Positions 38,827-51,293 of a DNA stretch of 64,000 bases are shown here, in pieces. Below the pieces are notes generated by a model. That model had not been told where the DNA came from. It made no database searches and worked only from the letters and a program-made list of their open reading frames with translations. Each line of letters begins with the position of its first letter. The first letter of the stretch is position 1. A program made the position numbers and the translations under genes. The DNA lies in the NCBI GenBank assembly GCA_027923505.1, contig BROI01000028.1, positions 124,001-188,000 on the forward strand. The letters run 5' to 3'. Source of the DNA: Mayamaea pseudoterrestris (lineage: Eukaryota).

Positions 38827-39924
38827 ATGTGTGGCCATGAAGTTTATAACAAGCAAAGATCCGCGCAAAGATCCACTTATGGGGTTGTATCAAGCAGATT
38901 GAGTAGATTTACTGACATGAAGGCGCCTCAGCGGACTCTTCAGCCGACAGCAGCAATCTTGTCGTGGAATGGCGCTCCGCTTTTTAACAGCATGCAAACA
39001 CAAAGTCAAAAGAATATGCTCGACCGATATCGTTTGATATCTTGCAGAGGATATTCCGATGAATGTCTCACTCGTCGTGTGGTTCATGAAAGCATTCAGT
39101 TCAAAAAGGGTATTCAGCGCATCCAGGAAACCCCTTCCCAAGCCATGCCTTGCATATTTGACCCTCTTGATCTGCGGCAGTTCGCAATGCTCGAAACGGA
39201 TCAGAGTGGATCACATTCTCGCGAAGGTCCACATGAACATGTATATCCATCGACACTGAGACCTGATGGCAGTCGCGCATGGTGCGGCCTTGAAGTTGAC
39301 GACGGCAGCGCTGTCGATGAAGCAGTAAGACAGCATCCTATTTCGCTAGATCTTGCTGCGCGCGACGCGAATGCAGCTTGCCCTGACATTCTTAGCGCAG
39401 CTCAATTTCAAGTGCTTCAACACGCGCTTCCTCGACGATTTCGCGATGCCGTCTTTCAACGACGTTTTTGTCTCGCTGAGGACGGTGACCGCCTTGACAC
39501 ACTTTTGCACATGACGAAACATGTCGCGGAAACGATAATTGTCATGGAAACGACGACTGGGGATCTTTTGGGTGGATATTGTACTGAGCCATGGGGTGGT
39601 AAGATGCAATATCATGGTAATGGGCAAACATTTCTCTTTGCAACTAATGCAGCAGGCGGAGAGGACTTTTCTGGCAAGGGTCTTTGCATCTACCCTTGGA
39701 GCGGCAAGAATGACTACTGCCAAGTTTGTGGCAACTTCCTTGCCATGGGCGGCCAAGGATCTTTTGGGTGGCGAGTCTGCTCCCAGTTGATGAAGGGACA
39801 GACAGGCTGGTGTCAGACGTACGAAAATCCGCCACTTGTTGAAGGAGGATTCTTTGATATTGCTAACTTAGAGGTGTATGCCATTGTTCCCTTGTTGCTT
39901 TCAAAAAGACGTTTGAAAGGTTGA
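38827..39924 (+). CDS. TLDc-domain (OXR1-like) protein; true start uncertain
   Basis: LPRRF..EDGDRLDTL..IIVMETTTGDLLGGY..YHGNGQTFLF..YPWSGKNDY..LAMGG..CQTYENPPL..LEVY. Confidence 0.85.
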   Translation: MCGHEVYNKQRSAQRSTYGVVSSRLSRFTDMKAPQRTLQPTAAILSWNGAPLFNSMQTQSQKNMLDRYRLISCRGYSDECLTRRVVHESIQFKKGIQRIQETPSQAMPCIFDPLDLRQFAMLETDQSGSHSREGPHEHVYPSTLRPDGSRAWCGLEVDDGSAVDEAVRQHPISLDLAARDANAACPDILSAAQFQVLQHALPRRFRDAVFQRRFCLAEDGDRLDTLLHMTKHVAETIIVMETTTGDLLGGYCTEPWGGKMQYHGNGQTFLFATNAAGGEDFSGKGLCIYPWSGKNDYCQVCGNFLAMGGQGSFGWRVCSQLMKGQTGWCQTYENPPLVEGGFFDIANLEVYAIVPLLLSKRRLKG

Positions 39925-40444
39925 CTATCTCGTGATTCGTTGCCAAGTTTGGAGCAGTACTATGCAGTTGACCATCGGGACAAGCTGTGCCAGTAAATCA
40001 ATACTCGTATCAATGAACTTCGATAGAAGTACGCTACACAGTTAGTGTCATCCTAAGAGTCTTTCATCTATCTACGGCTAATTGTAATGTTGATCTACAA
40101 GTTATGTTTAATCACAGCTGTCGAAGAGTTCCTTTCAACTTGCAGCATATTTGTCGGCTCTAATCAGCATTTGCGCAGCAGAATCGTCTTTCTGATTGAC
40201 GTCATTTAAAACGCTCTCGGCATCGACGACCTTGTCGGTCTCGTCATCCGCCACTAACTGAGTCAATACCGGGAGCATAGCGCCTGCATGATAGATTTGG
40301 CGAGGCCATGCGACGTGTACGGGTCGTACCGGTACGATTTTTTCGCTTTCGATGCTGCGCGCGCCATTCGATCAGCCGTTCGAAAGCGTTTGTAATGCGA
40401 GGCGTCATAAACTTGCTTGCTTACAGTTTGTATCGTAGGTTATC

Positions 40445-41512
40445 ATGAGTGAGACAATTGACCTTGCTACTTACAACGGTGGAAGTACGCGTCTCCCAGA
40501 GGAGCCTTTCTGTCGCAACTGCGACGCCACTCTCCATCAAGAATCGGCTTTGCGATGCTCGCGATGCTCCTTGGTGCACTATTGCAACCAAAAATGCCAA
40601 AAGGAACATTTCCCTGCACACAAACGGATGTGCAAGGGCATGCGACAACTCTACGACAAATTAGAAGTCGAGGCCAGCAAGTTGCGTAGCACTACCTGCA
40701 ACTCTGCCACGAGGACACCAGAGAACCTATTTGAAACGTCAGTTGGAAAGTTTTGGTACATTTTAGGGACGCGAGACTATATGAATGCCCGATGCGATGT
40801 CTTTTACGCATGCAAGGCTATTTTGAACTCGGAAAAGAAGGACAACAAACTTGCTTTGGAGTTTGCTATGGAGCACAATCTCGGACTGCTTCGCCTTTGT
40901 CACGGAGATAACAAGGGCGTTCGCTACGCCACTCCATTCGTCTTGCTCCGTCTCAACCGCGATGACCATGCCTATTCGGCTTGTCGATACTGGTTAAAGG
41001 AACAGTTTAGCATGAGTGGCAATCAAAGAACTCTTACCCAGGCTGACGGTGATTGGCCGTTTCCATTCGAAGAAAATTGTCGCTTCAATGACATTTGCGA
41101 GGAATTGGGTCGAGACGAGAGTGACAGTGAACTCACGAGGGTATGTATGTTCAGCATGGTGGCTATCTTCATTATAAAGATTCGCATCGTCGCGGCTTTG
41201 GAAGGTCGGAAGCTGCGGGAAGGTCAGGCATTTGCAGATGATGTCAAACTTGCTGAGCAGAGAGACATGCGTATTGTATTGATGAATATCATCGACAGAA
41301 ACAATCCGACCATGCTGCGCGCTTTGCTGCATCCTGGACCATTACTATCGAAAAAATCTCCCGACTTCTGGCAGAGTGGTTCACCCAGCGAGGCGGCTAC
41401 GGTAATGGAAGAAGCACTAGTTGTCTGGGATGCAACTCCAGGTGCACGAGCGCTTTTGGTTGAAAAGTTTGGGACTGAGAAGCCCTCATACTCGTGTGAG
41501 ATGCGCTTTTAG
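40445..41512 (+). CDS. MYND zinc-finger protein
   Basis: CRNC..LRCSRCSLVHYCNQKCQKEHFPAHKRMC, followed by a helical domain (TRDYMNAR, LRLCHGDNKGVR). Confidence 0.85.
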   Translation: MSETIDLATYNGGSTRLPEEPFCRNCDATLHQESALRCSRCSLVHYCNQKCQKEHFPAHKRMCKGMRQLYDKLEVEASKLRSTTCNSATRTPENLFETSVGKFWYILGTRDYMNARCDVFYACKAILNSEKKDNKLALEFAMEHNLGLLRLCHGDNKGVRYATPFVLLRLNRDDHAYSACRYWLKEQFSMSGNQRTLTQADGDWPFPFEENCRFNDICEELGRDESDSELTRVCMFSMVAIFIIKIRIVAALEGRKLREGQAFADDVKLAEQRDMRIVLMNIIDRNNPTMLRALLHPGPLLSKKSPDFWQSGSPSEAATVMEEALVVWDATPGARALLVEKFGTEKPSYSCEMRF

Positions 41513-41642
41513 TTCACAAGATGATGGGAACACACATACTGGTAGGAGATGTCAGCTTGCCTTAAGTCGACATCTGGCGCTTTAACCTATCAATAAAGGG
41601 ATAACACATCAACATGCTTTATCGTAGTTCTATCTTGTTACT

Positions 41643-44600
41643 CTATTCCTCGTCTTCGGGCATGGGCGCAATTAAATTTTGCTCAAAGCTGCCCTGAAGC
41701 AAAAAGGAAAATGGCAACCTAAAGCGCATACACGAAAGAACAAGATTCCACCACAAGACGGCATTCTTGTACTCTCGCTCTCGCCACTTCGGATCTAGCA
41801 GATTTTCAATGCCTTGCTCGCTGCTCATGACTGACCGAATCTCCTTCTGTAAAACCCATGGACTAAGTCGTTCACACAGAAGAGGCGAAGCAGGTCCTCG
41901 CGAGCCGACAAAGTTTGGTGAGGAACACTGGACGCAAAAATGTGGAACAAATCGTTGCGTACAATTCGTGCAAGACGTGGTATACTCGTTGCTGTCAGGC
42001 TTCCAGCCAGTCACGACATCATCGTCAGATAACAAGTAGTTGCAACGGGGGCAAACCTCGTTCTCAGTGTCAATGCTAATGTCGGGAAATACAATCTCCA
42101 GCAAATTTTCACCCAGAGCGATCTGTCGCTCGACGGTCTCCGTGACAAACAACTCCAAACCGTTGTCCTCGCTGCTGATAGTACTTTCGTTGTTAAGTCC
42201 CTTTGCCGCCTTTCGATTGCGGCGTGAGAGGCGACTGCGTAGCTTCTGCATGGCCGACATGCCTTCCTCGTCAACAGAAGCATCGTCGTCGTCAGCTTCC
42301 GTCATCACTTGGCTCACGATGCGGTCTAAAAGCGAGCGCTTCTGCAGTTTATTCCAGTCCATTTCCACGGCGGCACTGCTGGCCCACTCCGGGAGCACTT
42401 CCTTGTCTTTCTTGCCACCTTTCCAGGCCGAATCAGCTGAGAAAGCTGAAACAAGACACGCATAAACGGTTCCATCGGCCACAATGCCATCTTCGTGCAT
42501 CTTGGCGAGCAAGTCCGTAGCTCTTTTTGTGTCGCCAACACGACCGCAAGCGTCGATAAGACATTGATATGATTCTGGGTCAGCCTTGAGCATGCGCTTC
42601 TTCATCATGGTGAGCAACTCAAAGGCAAGTCCAAGTTGTGCACGACCAGTAACCTTGGCTTCCTCGATTTGCAAATCAGATAGCTTATTGCGAAAGCGGT
42701 CGCGTTGCCTGCTGTCTTCAGTAGCCCCGGACTGTCCGGATCTAGCAGACTTAAAGGAATCCTCTGAGTGGATACTGTCACCATTCATGGACGTTCCATC
42801 GTTCTCATTCTCATGCCGAACAGGACTGGTAGGTGGATTCACATTCTCGGTAATCTCTTGGGAAGATTTTTTCTCCTCCGGGATCGAGGGTGCTTGCGTT
42901 GAGACAGCGTCTTCGTCTTCGTCTCCAAACATACTTCCCATATTAGGCCGCGACGTTTTCATTTCTGCGACGTCCGCCAGTTCCTGTGGATCGACCGGCC
43001 TGTTTGATTCGTTGTCTGTTTCGCTCTCCGCGTCTGAGGTGTACGCGCTATCGTATGTCGATGATGCAACATAGGTTGAAAGAATCGTCTTTTCGTCGCT
43101 CTCCTTCGTTGTTGCTAAATTGATAAGTTCTTTCCCGACCACAGCAGTGAATGCCATGAAAAAGACTGTAAATGTCGCAACTTCCGCAGAAGGCGGCTCG
43201 ACTGGATCTGTTGTCGCATGCGCACGATGGATGTGCAGTTTGGTATCCTTGGGCTGACGCATACCTTTACGTCGAAATTGTGCTGCGTCCTTTCGCTGAC
43301 GATCAAACTCGGCAATGACAGCCGCGGGCAGAGGGCGCGGCGTACCAAAGAGCTCCTTTCTGAACGTAGAAGGGAATATGTCATACACGAATTTCGGCAG
43401 AGACTTCTTATCGTTCATTTTTAACACTTTGCGACCAGGGCTGTTGGGTGCCGAATTTCCAGATGTCCTGCTGCGGCTGCCTCTACTGCTATTACTTGAA
43501 TCGTCCCCTTCAAGACTGGCTGCGACAACGTACTCATTCGTTTCGACGAGCAACGGAACAGGTGGAAGTCCTTCGCCCGTAGGCTCGGGCGGAACAATGG
43601 TTTTGAGCTTTCGATGAACGCGAGCGCTCTGCAGAAGCGGGTCATCCTTCTTAATCGAAGCATAGTTGACCCTTGCGTACCGCTTGGGCTTATTGTATGG
43701 CGTTCGCTTCGAATTAGACTGGTTCGTCTTCATGCCACTCGCATCGATCAAACGTTCCTGCAAGGCCAAGTTAGAAAAGAGCCCAGCATTTTTCAAAAAT
43801 CGATCAACCGAATCGTCAAAGAATGATACATCCACTTCTCCACTGCCGTACAAGCGCTTGGTGATAAAACTGTCGAACATTTGCGTAGCAATGAGCTGCT
43901 CAAGGAACTCCCGCATATCGTAGCGTTGTGATTCTGTAAAAGGGGCTGTGAGTCATGGAGTGCAACACTGATATTGAATCATCACTTACACGCTTACCAA
44001 TGAATTCTTTGCTGCGGAAACCCGCTCCACCGTACGACCCTTCATTATGCTTGGACGGAAATACAAGGTAATTCCGGTAGTTACGAAGCAAATACACAAA
44101 CGTATCCAAAAACGCTTCCTGAACAGCATCCCATTGACTTTGTTTGCGGTCATCTTTGCGCTGGCTGCTCATCAACGCGAGCGGATTGGTGTTCATCCGA
44201 TCAGTCGCATCCATTCCGCTCGCATCATTCCCGTTCAAGTGATTCTTGCGGGCTTCCTCCGGTGTAAAGTACAAGTGAAAGGCTTCGTCAAACAAACTCA
44301 ACTTGGATTCCCACATTGCTTCCGCCATCATTTTAATGTGATTGGGCAAATACGTTCCGCAATCAGAGTAGTCATCATTCTTCGTAAGCGACCGTGCTTC
44401 GCGAAACACCATGCCGCAATTGACTTCCAAGTGCGTCTGCAGCACCGACGCCTGAAAGGGTGGAAGCGGAGGCAGCGGCGCCGTCTCCGGTCCCAATGTG
44501 ACCAGATTCTTATCCAAATCCACCAAGACGCATTCGGCCGACAAGTCGTACAAGGCATCCGCTAAATTCTCCTTGTGTATTCCACATAGGAACGGCATGG

Positions 44601-45537
44601 GCGCACTGAGAATGGGAATCAAAAAGTGCGGTAGCAATGGAATGTACGCGTGCGACCACTTGAGCGGAAAGAGAAGCGACAGAAAAATCTCCGACGCTTG
44701 CACCAAGACACTGAGCTGCGTCGACGTGATCAGTACCTGTCGCTCCAGCACCATGCAGTGCCACACCAAAATTATATTGTCAATGTCCAAGCATTCAAAC
44801 AAAGGTCCAAACGGAAGTGATACCCACTGGACTGGCATATTGTGCGGAGGCGACCAAATCTTAATGACGCTATCCAGCATGGTGGTCTGCACTTCAAAGG
44901 AGCCTGGCGGCGGCGCTGGAATCTCGCTGCAAAAGTTGACAATGTAGCGTTCGACTGGCAGCGTCATGGCGCCCGACTTTGTCAATGTGTTCAACTGCGT
45001 CAAGTACTCGCGAAAGGCAGTCAAGTATGGATAAGTTGACAAAATGACTAAACACTTTGGCAAAAAGACATTTTTGTTTTCCTTCGTCTCCTTGATGGTC
45101 AAAACATGCGGCTCCCACAGAGTCAAGCAAGTTCCATAGACTTGACGTCCCGTTCCACCCGTCGCTACAAAGTAGTGAACCTTTGGCAGAAGAGGATCGG
45201 TGCGAACCTGAATTCCTCCGGAATGGTGACAGAAAAAGGCAACATTTTCATGGAGAGGATTGTCGTCATGATCCGTCAGTGGGTATCGCGCCGTAATAGT
45301 AGGACGAAAGAGGAACTTGGAAATCCAATCTTCGTCTTCATCCGTCGTACTCTCCGTCCGCCAGCTATTGTCGGGGTTGGAAGCATCCGCCTTGCTAATG
45401 CTTGCGGCTTCCTCGGGCGGTCGCTCCACGCTTGAAATGACGACAAAATATTCAACAAGACGACGACCAATCTGCGTATTCAGTTGATTCAGTTTCGTCG
45501 TCTTTTTGTCTCCGTGGCCTTCGCTAGTGTCGAGCAT
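41643..45537 (-). CDS. DENN-domain Rab GEF with PPR repeats and C-terminal Cys-rich domain (DENND4/Crag-like; 1276 aa; intron 43934-43997)
   Basis: uDENN LVEYFVVI..RYP; cDENN LLFPLKWSHAYIPLLP..SAPMPFLCGI; dDENN FLEQLIATQMFDSFI; PPR SYQCLIDACGRVGD..MHEDGIVADGTVYACLVSA; CPRC..CTNC..LSPWVLQKE. Confidence 0.88.
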
Positions 45538-46476
45538 GGTCGTTTGTTGTTTGCTGCTGCTTGCTGCTTCCGTTTGTTATGACTTTTGGCAGGTGGCTGT
45601 ATGACGAGTGCTTGAAATGTACGAGTCGGTCTTGCTAGTCGCGTCCAACTCAAATCTCCAATACTTTACTAAAGGAGTTTCTAATGCTTCTAAATGACTT
45701 TTGTATGAAGCTTTGCTGCTGAATGGTCTACCCTAGTGCGGTACAGTGACCAAGAGGAAAGCAATGCGACGGCACGCGTCCATCGTCGTCGCCCATCGTC
45801 CACCGAACTAAGGAAAACTGAACCACTGCGACAGGACGGACGTAGGGAGGACGGGTCTCCCAAGGACCCTTCGTTCAAAGAAAACGAGAGAACACGCCCA
45901 CATCCATTGCCCCAAGTTTGTTCAAGTATCAAAACCACGACCCAGACAATTTGGAAATCTACTTTGGGCCAGTGAACATAGCCCGTTGAAGCGTAAGTTA
46001 TCCTAGAACAAGTGACCAAAATGACTTTTGCGGAGAAACCACGAAAATGCAGCCAATCAAAAAAAGAGGCAATACTTTTAGATACGCACCTACAGCCACG
46101 TCTTCCTTCTAAGTAAGTGACGTACACACTATTCAAAATGATGATTGCAGTCCGATCTTCGTATGCCTTCATGCCACGTGCTTGACGACTTCATGCGTGT
46201 CGCCAGTCGCGAGGCTCATCGTACATCAGTGCCTGCTGGTCTGGATCTCTTGCGGCAGCGTCATACTCTCGCGCTTGCTATCCTTGAACAGCAAAGCGAA
46301 CTGCGACTGTTTACGCCACTCCATTGGATGAGACTAAAGTAGCAGCCACTATTTCTTGACGAGTCCCAATTGAGCTATCTAGTCATTGATTCCATCCTCC
46401 CGCTCTGCTACAACATCAACACCTCCAATCGTTCCGCCAAGAGCAATTGCACAGCTCCAACACAACACAACCAATA

Positions 46477-49400
46477 ATGACTCGTCAAAACGACGTCGAC
46501 GGTCTCATGAGTCTCATGAAGCATAGCTTTCATGACGAAACTACTTCACCTCGACTGCTCGACGTTCATCGGATCAACAGCATGTTCTATGTCGCGTCCG
46601 CCATTGCCGTTTCCGTGTGGCTGTTGCTGCTAGCCGCCGTCTACTGGGTGCTTCCCTATGAGCGGGAATACTTGCCGCAGACGGAAGCCAACGCGGCGGC
46701 GACAGCCTTGGTCATTCTCGTTGTCAGCAATCTACTCATCATGATGCCGTTTGCGCTGCGGAGTCGAAAACAAACGCGGAGTGGAATCATGCTGGCGGCC
46801 TTGATTACGCAATTCATTGCCATTGTTACGGCTGTCATTTTGGCGTATGCGCCGAACGTTGTACTGGTTGATCCAGTGACGCATGCCCGCGTCTTTATGA
46901 CGCGATGGACCGAGTGGATTCCACTGGCGGGTCTCATGACATTCTTTTCCGAAGCGGTGGATTTGCCAAAATCAAAGTCAAAGCAATGGTGGCCCATTTT
47001 GGCAAGTCTATGTCAGTCCGTCTCGTGCTTGTGCGGAGCGTTACTGCCGCTCTGTCCAAACATGTTTTGTTGGTACACGACATTGTTTGTTTCCATCATG
47101 ACTTGGCTTCCCATTTTTCCACGCATCGTGCTCAAGCGCAGAGCGTTTTTGCTTGCGACGCAGGGAAAGAATTTGCTGGAACTGGAGCAGTATGATCGAT
47201 TTCGGTTCAGCTACTATCTCATGTTGACTTGCGGCTGCATTTGGAGCGTTTTGGTGTTTGCCTACTTTGTCAACTTTGCCTTGCATCGACAATTGCCAGT
47301 CACCCATTGGCTGCGCACCTACCCGCTAGCCATGATTGTGGATGCCACGTTTGACGTGCTCGCCAAGGCCATTTACATGAAGCTCATCGTTGATGTTCAC
47401 TTTCTTGTCTTTGATTCCGAAGGAAGAACGCAGCGACAATTAACTGAGCTCCGAAGCCTTTTGAATGTTCTGTGGGATAGCAGCAGCGATGTCATTATTA
47501 TTTCGGTGCGATACGCTGACAAGGTCACAAGCATGATGAGTCCGTCCTATCCAAAATTGGTTGGCGCCACATTGCCGCCCACGTTGAAGGGACGCAAGAC
47601 GACGGCTCTCATGCTCGAAACGGATTTGTCGTCCATGGCTGATAGTGACGGTAACAATGGAAGCGCCGCTCGTAGCCAAACTGTCGCTAGCTACGTGGAC
47701 AGTTCGGAAATGCCATATGGACGAGTCACGCGGCAGACTGTTCTTCATGGGCTTGATGCTTCAGATCCGGAAGTGACAAAGGCCGTCGGGCTTATTGGTT
47801 CGGCTTGGAATCGCTTCGCTACGCATGACCACAATGATTCATCGCTGGTCATGTATCCGCTTCAGCGCATTGGGGGCAGCAAGCACAAGTGCGAAATTAA
47901 GGTTTCGTATCATACTAACAATAGCATTATTGCGGTGGTCCGGGACGTGACGGAGCGATATCGCCGGTTCGAGGCAGAGCGAAGGGCACACTCGGAGGCT
48001 TTGGCGAGACAGCGGGATGCGCAATCGGTAAGTCAATTGTTGTCGGCTTGCGCTGCGTGGACGTTTGAACATGTGCTTACAGTTGATTAAATTTGTTGGA
48101 TTGTGCAGCAAACACGTTTCGTCAGACATGAAGTAAAAAATGGTCTCTTGTCGGGCATCGAGCTTTGCGACAGTCTGCGCAATGCAATGGACGAACTCTG
48201 CAACAAGGTTCGAGCGAGTGAAATAAGATCACGCTTGGAACGATCGGATTCCTTAAGTGAGGATTCGTCGAGCGAAATTGAGACTACACAGTCCATCACG
48301 TCAAAGTCACCGTTAACAGATTTGGCTACTCGACATTTGGAAGATTTGGACCGGACGCTCCATGAAGTTCTTGATACAGTTTTGGCCGAAACCATGGCAC
48401 GAGACGTTATTCATGAAGTCTACCACCCGAGATTAGAACATTTGGATGTCAAAGGCTATCTGGCAAACTCTGGCTACGGGGAGAACGCCGCTCGATTTCC
48501 AGTTGAGATTGCCAGTGGTGATAGCCTACCATACTTGCAATTGGACCCACAGCTAATGCGCTATATTCATAGAAATGCTATTTCGAACGCCTGCAAATAC
48601 GGGAAACCAGGTGGGAAGGTTATTACTAAGCTGGCATTTAGACCCAATGAAGGGATATTTGAAATGAAGGTTGTCAACGAGCCGGGTGTGGGCCATGATG
48701 AATTGATTAGCATGGGCGAAAAAGCCACGAAAGCGGTATTTGAGCAAGGTACTCGGCTTCATCCTCATTTGAAGGTTGACGATAGGTATATTTCATCTGG
48801 TGATGGGGCATGGATTGTGCAGAAATGTGCGAGCACGATGGGCGGTACATGCGGTATCCAATTTGAATCAGACGAAACCATCTTCTCCTTCCAGTGTCCC
48901 GCCCAGCCGCTCCATGTAGCAAACCTTCCCAAAACTCATGATTTTGAAGTTCCTTCCGATACGTGGGGTATAGTCATTGACGACTCCAAAATTCAGCGCA
49001 AGCTCATGGCTCGCATCCTCGCCCACGCTGGCGTCGATGAAAGTCGCCGACACGTCCTTGGAGAATCACCTACTGACATTGTTGATCTGGGCGAACTTTT
49101 ACAAAAGTTGTTACGTGAGCACCCGAATAGTCGAATTCTTTGTCTAGTTGACGAAAATCTTGATTACGATGATCGCGGAGCGGAGCATGTGGTCTTGTCG
49201 GGGTCAATTGCCATGAAGAATATAATTTGTCAATTGACGCCAAGTGAAGAAAGTCGCTTGCTGGTGTTAGTGCGGTCCGCTAATGATTCTGCCGATGACG
49301 TTGCCCTATATTTGAGTCGCACGCATGGGTTCTTTCCGAAAACGACAATGCAACGAGATCGAGTTAAAGAGATCTTGGCGCCGCTGTGGGCGGAACGTTT

Positions 49401-49518
49401 CCTGACTGGAAAGAATCGCATGACTTCATTATCCTACTGCTCTCGGACGTCTTCTATAACTGACGACGATGCCTTTGGGGGTTCTGATGACAGTGAGCAG
49501 CCTATAGTCGAATCATGA
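46477..49518 (+). CDS. Microbial rhodopsin-PAS-histidine kinase-receiver fusion (986 aa; intron 48028-48108)
   Basis: Eight hydrophobic helices, with helix C TRWTEWIP and helix G FDVLAK (Lys codon 47365-67). PAS ending VRDVTER. H-box RFVRHEVKNGL, N-box RNAISNACKYG, SGDGAW..MGG. Receiver IDDS..LVDENL..RSAND..FFPK. The phase-0 GTAAGT..GCAG intron joins the two ORFs. Confidence 0.85.
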
Positions 49519-50331
49519 GTATCCGAATGTATTGCTCTCTTAAAAATGGATGCGTTTACGACTTAAATTCGTCTAGTAAACGATGGACACGAGTACACAA
49601 TAGATTTAACAGCTTTAACTTATTAAAATGATGGTCGTCTGTAGTGGGCTGTGGTGCCGCGATAGGCAAGAAGTAGTGGTATATGCGTACATAGCAACCG
49701 AGGAGTCGCATCGGGTTCCGTGCGGCACTCATCGCTGCGATCGCGCGCGCGCGTTCTTTCACCTTCGTCCACTCGACTGACCACGAACACATCATTCAAC
49801 TCTAATCGTTGTTGTTTTCGCATACGCATACACTTGACGACGCGCATTCGCCATGGGACAAGGTCAATCAGCTCCAAAACCTGCTGCAGTGAGTGAAGTG
49901 AGACTTGTGTGACGGTCGACAGTCGACCGAATCAGCAACAACGTTCCAATGAAGCGACGTCTCACCTTTTTACACTCATCATTCGTAGGAGCAAGGCGCT
50001 AAAAAGGTTGGAATAAAGACTGGAAAGCCAATTTGCTGCTGCTGTCCCGACACGAAAAAGTTACGAGACGAGTGCGTACTCATGAAGGGCGAGGAGGATG
50101 CAGATTGTCTAAAACTGATAGTGGCTCACAAAGCTTGCCTACGAGATGAAGGATTTAGTGTCAATTAACTTAACTGTTTAATGAAGAATATTTCGAAGAT
50201 GTTGTAGAGTAAGCCGTAGGTCACATCCTTTGGCAATGTGCTTCCGTCTCGTCGATTTTGTCACTGCTAATGAAGGGCCGCATACATCTTGCACAACAGC
50301 TCGAGCGTAACTGATGCGACCTGCAATGTTG

Positions 50332-51051
50332 CTATACCTCTTCAATATCCATTCGCCCGTTTCCTTTTGCTGCACTGCTTGCTGCAACAGGATTCGAAAC
50401 TGCAGGGCTCGTCGTCTTCTTAAATTCCAGCAACACAGGATACAGTTTCGTCAATGCTGTGCTCAATTCGCTCTCCTTCTTTGCCCCAGTGAGAACAATC
50501 TTTCCGGAAACAAAGATCAAAAAGACGACTCGAGGACTCACCAGCCGATAAATGAGTCCGGGAAAGAGTTCTGGCTCGTAAGAACAAAAGGCCGAATGCG
50601 CGTAAACCAGTCCTTCCAAACGAATGGCAAACTTCAAATCGCACGTGGCAACCACGTTCTGCACCATGAAGTCAATACTCTCCTTTGGCTGAAAGCCTAC
50701 GCGTTCCACAATGAGAGCAAACTTCTTTGCCGCTAGCGTGGCATTGTGCGTCGACTTGCTTCCACTGATCACCATCTTGCCGCTGCGAAAGATTAACGCA
50801 GTGGCACGAGGCTCTCGTAGTCGCATAATGACAGCTCCAAACCTTCGAGGATTGAATTCGGTGTTTCGGCATTTCAGCGCAATCTTTTTCAAGTCGAGTG
50901 GAACGCCAAGATTGGCTGTTGACGACATGTTTTGAATTCGGAGCAAAAGCTTTTCGCCGCCTTCGGCAGTTGCTTCAATGACAGAGCCGGCCAAGGAAGG
51001 CGCATGCTGTGAAGGCATGTTTGAGTTCCTGTCGAGTGGTGCAGTCGCCAT
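50332..51051 (-). CDS. TBP: TATA-box binding protein
   Basis: Two TBP repeats: [41 protein letters not shown] and [35 protein letters not shown]. The four intercalating Phe are present. Confidence 0.96.
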   Translation of the reverse strand: MATAPLDRNSNMPSQHAPSLAGSVIEATAEGGEKLLLRIQNMSSTANLGVPLDLKKIALKCRNTEFNPRRFGAVIMRLREPRATALIFRSGKMVISGSKSTHNATLAAKKFALIVERVGFQPKESIDFMVQNVVATCDLKFAIRLEGLVYAHSAFCSYEPELFPGLIYRLVSPRVVFLIFVSGKIVLTGAKKESELSTALTKLYPVLLEFKKTTSPAVSNPVAASSAAKGNGRMDIEEV

Positions 51052-51293
51052 CTTGATCAATGGTGGTAGAGCTAGTTTGCCTTGTGAATGGATGGGGTTC
51101 ATGGTGAACGTAGCGCCATCGATGATAGCGCGATGTTCGGCTGTGATGTCGCTGTGGTTATGTCGCGCTGACATCGTTTTTCACGATTGGTGTCACCATT
51201 TATGCAGCGCGTATGAAAACGCGCGTTTCTTTTGACGCTGCAAACTGCTCGCTTCCACGGCTTCCACGATCAATCGCTCACAATATTTTCGAG

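Noticed and set aside
40135..40278. 47-codon minus-strand ORF (MLPVLTQLVADDETDK...)
   Set aside because: Short, no homology recognised, no supporting splice structure.
49742..49753. (CG)6 run, potential Z-DNA, downstream of the rhodopsin kinase
   Set aside because: Too short to support a functional claim.
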